From: Podarcis cretensis
Taxonomy: Eukaryota
Reading direction: 5' to 3'
Length of the DNA: 64,000 bases
Assembly (NCBI GenBank): GCA_951804945.1
Contig: OX638154.1
Span: 67,642,001 to 67,706,000 of the forward strand
The translations under genes were made by a program, and so were the position numbers. Positions 50,582 to 62,328 of this stretch are shown piece by piece. The notes under the pieces were generated by a model. The model did not search any database, was not told the DNA's origin, and worked only from the letters and a program-made list of their open reading frames with translations. The first letter of the stretch is position 1. Each line of letters starts with the position of its first letter.

Positions 50582-51689
50582 CCATCTTGATATTGGTGTG
50601 TGCATTTGTGGTTGTGCATTCATGGGAAATTTCTTGGATCAGGTTGCATTGTTCTAGTGTTTAGTCTTGGGAAGGCTGGTGTGCAAAACCTAACCCCCAG
50701 CTGGTGAAGGTTGAGGTTCCTCTTATGTAGCTTTCATGAAAGATGAGGTTAACATTTCTGTGTGCACAGATATGAAAGGAAAACACTGCCAAGGTACACA
50801 GATTGGCTGCTCTTCCCAACTTAATGAAGGGCATGTTCATCAGAAAAGGAGCTAAACATATTGCGAAATGCCAGGTACCCAATTACATGGAAGATGTTAA
50901 CTAAAATGCTTTTATTATCACAGTGAATTAAGTGGATGTCTGAAGCCCTAATCCCTACTGTAGATAATCAGAGAAATGTGTTGTACTTTCACCCTTTATT
51001 TACAAATAGCATATGCTGCATGTATCTTGCCACATGTTGACCATTTTTCGTGCTTCTAAATATTGGCATGGCTTTAGCTAATTGCACTGCCTGTGGGTGT
51101 GATAGGGCTGTCATTTCTTTACTCTTTGTTACTTTCCCTACACTAGCTCTGAAATCTCAGGTGGAATCCATTGACATATGGTTTGCACACACAGTTAGAA
51201 TTGAAGGGTTAATCTCTGAGTCTTCCATGTTGAACAGTATCCGCAGTAAAACTATTAGTAATATTTTGAATGAATTATTCTCCAGTGTATCTGTGGCAAT
51301 TAATACTTGATAACCAAAATAGGAAGAGGGGAAAAACACCTGGGTTATAGGACCAGATCATAGATCCCATTTTTTCCTGATGTCCATATTAATTTCTTCA
51401 TGTTCCACAATACTTGCATATTATATCAGTTGGGAAATCTCTTGAAATGAGATAGCCACACAGTTACGCAGATTACATCAGTCCATTGTTGCTGGTGGTT
51501 CATTTTCAGAATTAGCCATTCCATGCCTAGGGTCTTTTCTACACCCCCCCCCCCTTAGAAGTGGTCAGCACAATTGCTTTGTAATGTGAGCAAAACATCC
51601 AGACACAAAGGCACATTCAAATATGGGGGGAAACCACTTATTTCAAACCATAAATGGTAGCTAATTTTTCTTCCCCTCATGCATGAAGG

Positions 51690-51716
51690 GGTGTGTGTGT
51701 GTGTGTGTGTGTGTGT
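51690..51716. repeat. (GT)n microsatellite
   Basis: Direct reading. Confidence 0.95.
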
Positions 51717-52172
51717 AGAATTGCTGTATTTTTGTAATAATCAACTATGAATTTAGCAGCCATGTTGTTATGCTGAAGTGTGCAAACATCTATGTTCAGT
51801 ACATCTAGAGCCCAGTAAGGAGGAGGAGTAGAGTGGCATGTAAATCAATGGGAATGATTTGTGGAAAATTCACTTATAATTCTGACAAATGCATACGTTA
51901 GTGCCAGTACAAGATTGTAGCCTAGTTCATAGCCTAGATGAGGTGGCTGAACTGTTCTTGGACTGTTCCACATCAAACTGCAGGTGGGAGGAGAGGTTGA
52001 ATTACTCAACGCTCCCTTAACTGTTTCCTTTTTAAAATGCTCTACACATATCTAAGTAATTGCAAGGGAGAAATGTTCAAGCTGTGCCTTCTTTCTAATG
52101 TGCTGGTTTTCTGTGTGTAAGGCATTTATTTCAAGAGGGTGTAATGGTATAGCCCAGGCCACCAGCAACTTA

Positions 52173-52431
52173 CTGTATTTTTTGCTCTATAAGACGCACC
52201 AGACCACAAGACGCACCTAGTTTTTGGAGGAGGAAAACAAGAAAAAAAATATTCTGAATCTCAGAAGCCAGAACAGCAAGAGGAATCGCTGCACAGTGAA
52301 AGCAGCAATCCCTCTTGCTGATCTGGCTTCTGGGATAGCTGCACAGCCTGCATTCACTCCATAAGATGCACACACATTTCCCCTTACTTTTTAGGAGGGA
52401 AAAAGTGAGTCTTATAGAGCAGAAAATACGG
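52173..52431. mobile_element. Tc1/mariner (Tc2/pogo-like) MITE
   Basis: TA|CTGTATTTTTTGCTCTATAAGAC...GTCTTATAGAGCAGAAAATACGG|TA (about 23-bp TIR, TA TSD); internal ~30-bp inverted repeat at 52262-52332. Confidence 0.9.
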
Positions 52432-52756
52432 TATGTGAACTAGGCCTAGGAGTGCATCTACATAGCTGCTCTAAGGAAGCAGTCCAGACTCATAGAGGCT
52501 TTAACGGATGCTGAGCCTCCTCTTTTCCAGATAAGTTCCATCATGGTTCCACTCCACAATACCGACCTTGGTGCCAACTGAGGAGATGTCCTAGGAAAAG
52601 ATCTGTTTCTCCAGAGTATCAGTTGCACTGTTAAAGTGCTGAACCAAGAGCTTGGGGAGTTTTCTCTAGCCTCTCCTAGATGTTATACTGAACCTGGAGT
52701 TATAGGAGGGTTGCTTGAAAAAAATAGTTGGACTGTGTTTGTCCAGCAGCCTAGCG

Positions 52757-52895
52757 CAGACATGGGTAATCTGTTGCCCTACAGATGTTATTGGACCCCA
52801 ACTTCCATCAACCTCTGCCAGCAATGCCAATGATCTGAGCTGATGGGAGTTGTAGTCCAGCAGCATCTGAATTGCCACAGGGTTTCCCATCCCTG
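52757..52895. mobile_element. hAT-type MITE, decayed
   Basis: CAGACATGGG...CCCATCCCTG ends, GATGGGAGTTGTAGTCC motif, flanks GCCTAGCG/ACCTAGAA. Confidence 0.72.
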
Positions 52896-55800
52896 ACCTA
52901 GAAGTTTCAAGGTCTACCTTTTTGGGTATCTCAACAATAAAGTCCCCATGTAACACATTTTAAGTCAACTCTCAACCCACAATAGAAATAAATGTGAGGA
53001 CTTTTGCATAATAGAGGTGACACCATGCTTACTGTATCTGATTTGCTATCAGGAAGACTAATTGGATAGAAAATGTGTTTCAAAGCAAGGAAAGGCCCTG
53101 TCATGTATCATAAACATAACCTACATATCCAGCTAGCAAGCCCTTAGAGTGATATGCCACTGAGAGATTGGTGCATTAATATCCAGAAAACAGGAATATT
53201 AGATAGGAGGGATTGCCTCAAGGACCTTTATATCTGTATGCCTTGACCTCTGCTAAGGTTTTTCAAAAAGCTATTATCTGTGGGATTCTAGCTCTGTGCT
53301 GTGGGTGCTCCTGCTTAACAGATTTGCAGAGAAGACATCTCTTGCAAACCATCAGATTGCCATCCAGGGGTATTATTACAGACCTCAAATGTATTGGTCT
53401 TTCACATTCTGGCAAGAATTAAATAAACTAAAATAGCATATTTCTGTAGAAACAGCAGCTTACTAATGAACTATAGCCAGAGGTGGAGTGTTGAGGGGAT
53501 TGTGTAACTTAAGTCAGTATGTGGCAGATTTTGAACTGAAAATGGCAATCCTGTTTCCTTCCTAAGGAAAGGCTGATGCTCAGACTAAACTTTGCCATAT
53601 CCTTATGATATGAATGAACCTTTGCTAAGGATTGATGAATTCCTCAAACAACAGTGCTTTATTTAATCTAAATTTGACCTTAATTCTCCCTTGGGATGGG
53701 ACTCGCACCTGAAACCATTATAGTGCCAACTGTGGTTTCAAAATAAATCCTATCCAACATATAACCACAATAGTTTTGAAACCCTGGTAATTTTCAAGAG
53801 GAAGGGCACCACAACATTCTCTCAATATGTGATCTGCCAAAGTACTGGGCTATACCAAAGTGGCTAGGAAAGTCATCGATCCAGACATATTATACACCAG
53901 TGTGTGATATAAATATTTGAAAATCAGACTCAGAGTGTTATTTACATGTGGGGTTATGAAGATTAGAGTTGTATGTGAAGGAGAAGCCTTATTGGTTTTG
54001 AAAGACTCAGATGAAAGCAATAGCTGGAAGTATCCAATATGCAATCATTGATCTTCACAGTTCCAGGGGCGGTGGGGTGGTGGTGTTGTTCTTTCCAGTC
54101 CAATCAAACTTAAAATGCTCTTCCAGCTTTACACTTTAGAAAATCATCTCTCTCTATAGCTGAAGGAGTCCTCTAGATTGCAGACTGGGGGGTGGTGGAT
54201 TAAACTCTTGCATCCTCCCCACCCCCCCTGTTAAACTGGATGAGATACAAAATTGCCTGCCTTGCCTTGCTCGAATCAACGTTTCTCTTAATAATAAGCA
54301 TACCATTCTTCTCTGTATTCATCTTTGTCTCTCTGATTCCATTATGAAAACAGCACCAAAAAAAAAGAGCGATAAATCATATGACATGAATCTTTTGTAT
54401 TCTGTGATGCTCTGGCAGTGGGTTCTCTGATGTGATTGCAAGGGGTGGGGGGATCAGCAGCTATCTGATGGGAAATAAAGCAAGCTATTTTTCATCACAA
54501 CTTAAGCAAACATTGCGGAGGAACAACCTAGAATTCTGCAGGGACCATTAGGTTTTATATCGTCACACAAAGTATTCTTATGATTCTTTGTATTAAGGAT
54601 AATACAGAAAATAAGTTTTAGATCTATTTTGCCCCCTCTTTGTTAAGCATTAAAGCGACACCAGCCTCGGATCAATCTTCTTTTAAAACTATGTTAATAT
54701 TTATATTTGGAGATGTGAAATGTGGTGCTTCTTTTGCTTATTGTTTAATACACCTGCAATAACTGAAGGAACTTTCTAGTCCCGCATACCAACGGCTGAT
54801 ACAGATTGGTGGCCCTGCCTTGATTGTCCATCGCCCTCCAGGCAGCAAAGCGGCTGAGCAACAGGATGGCTAGTGCACCAGAAGAATCCCACCTCTGACT
54901 CTCTGACCCAATGCCAGACCCTCAAATCCAGCTCCCGAGAGGGCTGTCCTCCTGGTAAGGGATATGGAATCCCTGAGGGTGGTGGCAGCTACTCCCCTAT
55001 CACCCAGCCAATGAGCTCCATAACTGTAGAAGCGCAATGGAAAAGGTCCCAGTCAAATCTCTGCTGGAAGGGTTCACAGAGCAGCTCCTCACCCAGTGAT
55101 TGTGGAATAGGTTCATATAGGAGAAAGCCTAATTTGAGAATTTCCATGAAATGACAACTATCAAATCAACAGATAGTTAACACAGGAAGTAGCTGGTGTC
55201 ATTCACACATCATTAGCTGCACAGATGTTCAGCCAACTTGTTTTCTTGTTCATTTATGTGTATTTCTTTCTCATCCTGTAATGTAAGGCAGTTGTAGATT
55301 TGAGTGCCCCACCTAGACAGCCATCAAGCCTATTCCCTCCTCCAAGCTGGCATCATCGACATATCATCAACAGAACATAATATGGATCATAACTTGCCAA
55401 ATACCCAGAGTGCAACCAAACACAAGTGCCAGTAGAGGAGGCAGCAAACATAATCTTTTTATTTAAAAAATGCATCCTTACACCCCACTTTTACATTTCG
55501 AGTGAACTTCATCAGTGCAAGAATAGTGGGAACTAATGTGTGTATTCTTGAAAAAACATGCAGCTTTAATTGTACACAAAATATATTCATCTTAAGTTCG
55601 CAGTGATATATGTGGAGAGGTCAGAACCTATCCCAGTGCACATGTTCATCCATGCTCTGTCTTCTAGTGAGAAAAGGTCACTGGATGCATTTTCCATAGG
55701 TTTGCCAGCAACAGGAGCTCCTTCTGTGGTATCATTTCAACAAGCACAGAAGAGCAGGTTTAGGTCAACAAACACCTGACTGGTTTGTGAGGTTCTGCAA

Positions 55801-56053
55801 GTAATGGGGTTACAGATTTAAAACATGAAAGCGGGTGTATTTGCATCAGATATCATAGCTTTATTTTATAGAAAACCCTGCTGTGTTGTGTTATAATGAA
55901 TCTCACCAGCTCAAATGGCTTTCGTTTTTGTACCAGAGAACAGTAGCACAAAATGCATAGGCCATTTTAATGTCATAGGTTAGGAAACTCTGACACTGAG
56001 TATTAATGTAAAATGCATTAGCATTGCCCAAGGCAAGCCCTCAAAACCCAGAG

Positions 56054-56056
<3 letters not shown>

Positions 56057-56090
<34 letters not shown>
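56057..56090. repeat. (TC)n microsatellite
   Basis: Direct reading. Confidence 0.95.
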
Positions 56091-56093
<3 letters not shown>

Positions 56094-56590
56094 TTGAATT
56101 AAGTGCAGTTAAGCAACTTGCATAGCATATGTATAATTCAGAATCTGTATAGATACATATGTGGAGTGCTTCATTTTTTAAAAAACAAACAACCCAGCCA
56201 TAGCATTGAGAAGCAGTACAAATAGCACAATTCCAATTTTCCTGTAGACAGTCAGAGCAATGGTATGAACTGGTTGTGTTTTGCAAAACCGTTAACCTGA
56301 AGGCATCATGATGTCACCGTACTATGCATCAGTGCCAGGGTTGGCCTGAGACATTTTCCTGCTTCACCCCAGAATCAATGAGGTGTCTCCCATTATCTCT
56401 TGAAATGCACATGGCTGTAAACACTCTCAAGAATTGTGATGCTGCAAGGATTCCATGCCTCTGGAATCACATGGGGGCTTCATTGACTCCTCTAGGAAAA
56501 ATATAACCTCAATAAATTGACTGGTTGATTGATTGCATGCTGCCCTTCACCGCAGGGCGCATCACACCATAAAAATACAAACACTTAGAT

Positions 56591-56726
56591 CAGGCACCCC
56601 CAAACTGTGCCCTCCATTTGTTTTGGGACTACAATTCCCATCATCCCTGACCACTGGTCCTGTTAGCTAGGGATGATGGGAGTTGTAGTCCCAAAACAGC
56701 TGGAGGGCTGAGTTTGGGGATGCCTG
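56591..56726. mobile_element. hAT-type palindromic MITE, 136 bp, young
   Basis: CAGGCACCCCCAAACT...AGTTTGGGGATGCCTG; perfect 8-bp TSD ACTTAGAT; interior nearly identical to 5462-5596. Confidence 0.93.
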
Positions 56727-57322
56727 ACTTAGATTGTTTCCATAGTTGGACCAACTTTAAACAGTGCTATTAAAGCAGCACACATCTCCACTAGATTCAG
56801 AGTATGCATCTCATACAAGGGCAATAGGAGTCCTATATCAGCTTGGTTCAGTGAATCTGCTGTCATCCTGGACTACTGCAAGAAACACGAATGAGATGCT
56901 GGTAGAAGGGGATCCGATTATCTGTATTCTGCTTAACAGCCTTTTTTCAAGACGCTTTCATATACAATAGAAACACGTTTCAGTGACCCAGCCAGTTTAC
57001 ATGGGGTTTCACTCTGAATATAGAGCAATTGGATGGCAGTGTGACATGTATTCTCTGCCATGTGATTGAACTTGATGTGCTCCTGCCTTGCCTGAGTTGC
57101 TTGCAGGTCATCCTAGTCTACAGTCCTTCTCCATAAGAAGGGGAAATGTGGTGTGATCCTGATGTCCTGGAACTGCCATTCATCAAAGCATCCCAGATAT
57201 ATCTATATATCTTATTTAGGACAAGAGCTGTGCAAGATAGCTAAAATTCAGATAAAACTACACCAAACTTTTAACTCAATTACATATCATATCCTGTAGT
57301 GGCAATTCAAAACCTAGGCTAG

Positions 57323-57458
57323 CTAGATTTCTCCAATCTGGTGTCTTCCAGATTGTTTGTTATACAACATTTACAATCCTTGACTATTGGTCATGCATAC
57401 TGAAGCTGATAGTGCTTATAATCCCAAACATCTTGAGGACCCAAGCCGGGAAAGGCTG
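57323..57458. mobile_element. hAT-type MITE, strongly decayed
   Basis: Same layout as the other ~135-bp copies (CCAATCTGGTG..TTCCAGAT...CCAAACATCT..GAGG...GGGAAAGGCTG), CTAG-containing flanks; boundaries approximate. Confidence 0.5.
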
Positions 57459-58284
57459 ATCTAGATCATAATTTTTTTGTCAGCTTCTTCCAGAGAAAGG
57501 GAAGGGAAAATATCCCAGAGTCCAGCCATCAGTTGTTGATGATTTGCAGCTGAAGGTCTGGGAACTCATAGATGAATGCATTTTTATGGCCAGCAGCTTA
57601 ATAGTAAACTAAGAAGCAGATTCTAACAATAGAAATCTGGAAAAGTTTATACATTGGTATTTTCCACTGAGACTATTCTAGCCCCATAGATGTGGTTTCC
57701 ATTCAAGGAAATTAAATCCAATTGTATTTTATTTAAAATAGTATATAGCACCCTGAATGCTGTTACTAGGTATTGGAAAAAAATGCACTTGTTTGTCAAT
57801 ATAAATTAGATTCCTCCTGTTTCTACACATATTGAATTTTCACATAGTAGGAGGAAAGGGAATATCCTTTAGCATCACTTTCATTGATCTGGGGACTGCA
57901 TGTCTTTTCAGAGGCTCTGGAAATGTGTTGGCATCTCAAAGTAATGTTATGCTTGCATTTATTGCAAGCAATGGATGCTTCTTGATTCCAAAATGTATTG
58001 CCTCCTCCGGTACAAAATTTCTGTTTTATTCTTGCAGAAGAGAGAGCAAGGGAAATAATCTACTGAGAAATCAAGTGCAAGTACTTGGCACTTTTCCATG
58101 TATAGGTTTTAGTAACTGTGTTTCTTTCTAAATAAGTTCAAAATCAAATCGCTAGCATTTATACTTACATAGAAGTACTGGGTTGTTGTTTTATGAAATG
58201 TGAAAGTCAGCAATACTCAGCAATGGCACTCAGCAAGGAAAGCTCTTATCATAAAGGCAGAGATTAGGAGTAAATATATGGGAC

Positions 58285-58453
58285 CAATATTCTTATGCAA
58301 AAGGAATTAACATATCTAATGAGACAAAGAAAGTAAAAGACCTGGGGGAGATGTTACAGTACAATCTAGCCTTCTTTGCTTTCATTTGTCCCCCAGGTCT
58401 TTTACTTTCTTTGTTTTGTTAGATATGTTAATGCCCTTTGCATAAGAATATTG
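58285..58453. repeat. Long inverted repeat, 65-bp arms with a 39-nt spacer
   Basis: 58285-58349 versus the reverse complement of 58389-58453: 60/65 identical, no indels. Confidence 0.95.
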
Positions 58454-60551
58454 CTGAGGATGGCTACAGGTGACTTCCTCTCCATGTAGTTGATGCTGCT
58501 ATGACAGCTTCAAGGTTGCCATTCATCTCTTTCTATTCTCCAGAAACAACAGGTAGCTGCTTTCTGTTGAATACATTAATCCATTGATAGCGGCATAGAG
58601 TGAACAACACCTTAGCCATTTTGCTAGATCAGAGCACAAATCCAAGTCTTCATACTCATGTTAACTTTCAGCAACAGAAGCTTTGTACCAGAAGTTCCTG
58701 TAGCATATCAGTAAAAATGCAATGAAAAAAACACTCAGCATCCAGCACAGTACATTACAATTGATTAGAAGAGGTGGGGATGGGGGTGGGGGTAAAAACT
58801 TAGTGGTCCAACAAGACCCTCAGCAATTTTCAAGAGGCCCATGGGGTGGGGGGAGTTTGCAAACCACTCCTTTAGATACTTCCTGAGGTGGGTAATATAT
58901 TCAGTCATTGTTAGGATATTCATGAAACATTTCCCCCTGATAAAATTCAAAAGAATACTAGATTGAGAAGTTAACATGGTTCAAGCCCCTAAAGGATATT
59001 TTTTATATATAAGGGAACTAGACTAGGTTGCAAGAATTGTCATTTTAAATAGGCTAACCAAAATAAATAAATAAATAAATAAGAAACATATATTTAGCAG
59101 TGGTATGGCTGAAAATTGAAGAGGCTGGAGCGGCTGCCACTCTTAAGTTTCTGTTGATAAAAAGTGACATTTAAAATTAAAATGAAGAAAATAATCCCTA
59201 AAGCAAGGCTTTGTGATGCTGGCCATTTGTGCCACCAGTTTGTATTAAGCACTGAAGGGAGGTAGAAAGACCTGTGGAGATTTGTTTTTCATTAAGGCAT
59301 GAATTAACATTCAGGCAGCTGAGCTAAAATAGGTTTGCATAAAAGTTGGTGTTCTCAATTATTTGGAGTTCCATTCTATACAGTGAAATTAGAATTTTGA
59401 GTTATCATTTGAAAGTCTTTTCTTCCCCTCCTCCCACCCCACTTGCAAAGCAAGATTATAATGGTTACTGGGGATTTCGATTAGGTGGCATTCTTATATA
59501 TTGCTCACCTTATCTCATCACCAATTCTTTTCAAGTGACAAACTGAATTAATGTCATACATTAAATGCAAGAAGCTATGTAGATTCAACACTATGGCTGA
59601 GATATTTTTTTCCCCACCCTGACAATAAATAAAGATATTCAAAAGCTGTATGCAGTACAGTTCCTTCTCAAGCATATATGCAGTATTATTAACACTAATC
59701 CAATGTGTGTACAAAATGTGCAAACTGACCTGAAATCAGCAACTGTGGCATTTGAGGAAGGTGGGGGGGGGACTTCTCACTAATTGCCTCGCACTACACA
59801 GCTTGAATTTTCAGGATTTCACATCACCTTTGTTATGCATGAGAAATCTAGTCTATCCTGGTTGCATAATATACAGAATTAATCAAGTCCATTTCACACA
59901 CACATTTCCCCATAGATGGATTCCATGGTGCTGGGAGCCTCTTTCGTGTGATGCCTTCACACACTGCAGGGAACTGTTTTAGCGTTGTGTGATTCCAAAA
60001 TGTATAACAATTCCATGAGAAGACCAAGCTGCAACACAGAACTTCACCACACTAAAGCAGTTCACATTCTTCAAGTGTGTGTGTGTGTGTGTAAAAGGAT
60101 ACTTAGCTTATTGTGCATGGATTTAGTTTATAATTCATGGCTAGCTGACCCCTGGCGCAGATGCCCTAGGAAGCATTAATAGTTTGCATCACGCTTGAAC
60201 AGGAACAACTAGGTCTATGCACCTAAGTATGGCAATTGTAAGGCTTCTGCTCCTTTTATTTTCCCTCTTCTACACTGCAAGAGTGTATTATGTACTGTAG
60301 CGTAAAGTGGTGCTGATGTTTTGGTCTTGACTTACAGCTCAATTGCGAAAAGGTTAGCTGAACTATTATAGTAGCTTGCCGCCTCTCCTCCCTCTGTGTC
60401 TGCTGTGGGTTTTTGTGTGTGTGCAAAACAGATAAGCTTGCTTTTCCATTTAGTGAGCGGCTACAACCTCAGACGGGTCATGTTCTTCAGCAGCTCATTC
60501 TACACTTTTTATTTCCATTTGAATTTGGTTCTTCGCATGCAACCAAATGGG

Positions 60552-60690
60552 CAGGACTGGGAAACTTGTGGTCCTTAAAATGGTGCTGGACTCCCAAAGC
60601 CAATCAGTCTCTCAAACGACATGCCCAATTCAGTGATGATGGGAACTGTAGGCCATTAACATGTGGAAGGCCCAGGGTTTCCCATCCCTG
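60552..60690. mobile_element. hAT-type MITE, decayed
   Basis: CAGGACTGGGAAAC...GGTTTCCCATCCCTG ends and GATGATGGGAACTGTAG motif; TSD not preserved. Confidence 0.6.
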
Positions 60691-60841
60691 AAACATAGAG
60701 TTCCAAAAACAGCAATCCTCTTGTTACATGGCACCTTTCAAAGGCACATCTAATGTTACATTTGTGTGTTGCTGTATTACATGCTCCCTCCATCTCTATG
60801 ACTATTAATCCTACACCAGTGTACAGACACATTTAATCCTA

Positions 60842-61083
60842 CAGTGGTACCTTGGGTTACAGACGCTTCAGGTTACAGACGCTTTAGGTTACAGACGCCA
60901 CTAACCCAGAAATATTGCCTCGGGTTAAGAACTTTGCTTCAGGATGAGAACAGAAATCATGTGGCAGTGGCGCAGCGGCAGCGGGAGGCCCCATTAGCTA
61001 AAGTGGTGCTTCAGGTCAAGAACAGTTTCAGGTTAAGAACGGACCTCCAGAACGAATTAAGTTCTTAACCAGAGGTACCACTG
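60842..61083. mobile_element. Tc1/mariner (Tigger/pogo-like) MITE
   Basis: TA|CAGTGGTACCTTGGGTTA...TAACCAGAGGTACCACTG|TA; sister of 26346-26573. Confidence 0.92.
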
Positions 61084-62278
61084 TATTCCTAACTTGTCCA
61101 TCAGTAGGCTACCGTCCTGTTGTACTGTGTATTGTCTAGTTCTGAATTCTGCGGTTCATGCTGACTGCTTGCCCTTAAGGTTGACATCCATGAACGTTCT
61201 TCCCAATACATCCTTTGCACAGGTGAGAAAAGCTTTGCTGAGAAGCTAATATAATAGGTTCAGTTCAAGAAATGGTGCCAGCATGCATGAAACTCTCTCA
61301 GCTTGTTATGCTGATATACCAGAAGTTGATGCAGGCTGACCAAAACCCACAAGCTGAAACAGTCTTAAGTAAAGAAAACTACTTAAACATAATCAGGCAA
61401 AAGTCCTTGTAGTGACTTTTCATAAACTTAGCAGTAACTCTGCAGCATTGCCTCCCCTTGACCCTGGAACTAAACTATCCTGGCATATCCTACAATGGCA
61501 CTGCTGCTATGGAAGTGTATAGAACTATAAATTTTAGCAGAGCCCAGCCATCAGTACATTTGACTGCATTTATCAGCTCTGTTGCATTTAATAGCTTTAT
61601 ATTCACGGCGTGATTTAAGAGATGCTAGAGTCCCTGGGTAGAAATGTGAAGGCCTGGAGGGAGGGGGGACTAGTATAATTGGTGTTATCACAATCTTGCT
61701 GAGTTGTATGATCTATTATTTCTGTTGTACTTATCTTGTACACATTTGATCTTTGCCTAGAAATTTCATAATCTGCTGGCCTTCTTGCAGTTCCATGGAC
61801 TTTGGCCCTTCTGTTTATTTGCACACTCTTTTTTCATGTGTACAATGTGTGTGTGTGTATGCACACACATACAGATATCTACCAATCGAAGACAACACTT
61901 TGTGCATCTGACGAAGTGGGATCTAGTCTGCAAAAACTTGTGCCACAATACACCTGTGTTTAAGATGCCACACCATCCTTTGTTTGTTTGTTTGTTTGTT
62001 TTGTTTTGTTTTGATTTGCTGCATCAGACTAATACGGTTCTCCCTCTGGAATTTGCCCAGTAAAGGTTTTTGATTAAGTTACTCCCTCACAAAAAACTTA
62101 ATTAAATTATGACCTTCCCCCAAGTTTGATTACCTACCGTGCTGCAGGAGGTTGATCGCCTAGCAGCAGCTTGATTGCCTAGCTACAGTTTGATTGCATG
62201 GCAGTAATTCAAATAAACAATGGCACCAGTCCCCTGGCCAAAACACACCAAGGCCAGAATCTCCTGTAGGTCAGTAGT

Positions 62279-62328
62279 GAGGAGGAGGAGGAGGAGGAGG
62301 AGGAGGAGGAGGAGGAGGAGGAGGAGGA
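62279..62328. repeat. (GAG)n trinucleotide microsatellite
   Basis: Direct reading. Confidence 0.95.

Noticed and set aside
54864-54960. Possible cryptic first exon (AGGATGG ... CTG|GTAAGG)
   Set aside because: The ATG frame stops after 10 codons, and a donor-like hexamer alone is expected by chance in 64 kb.
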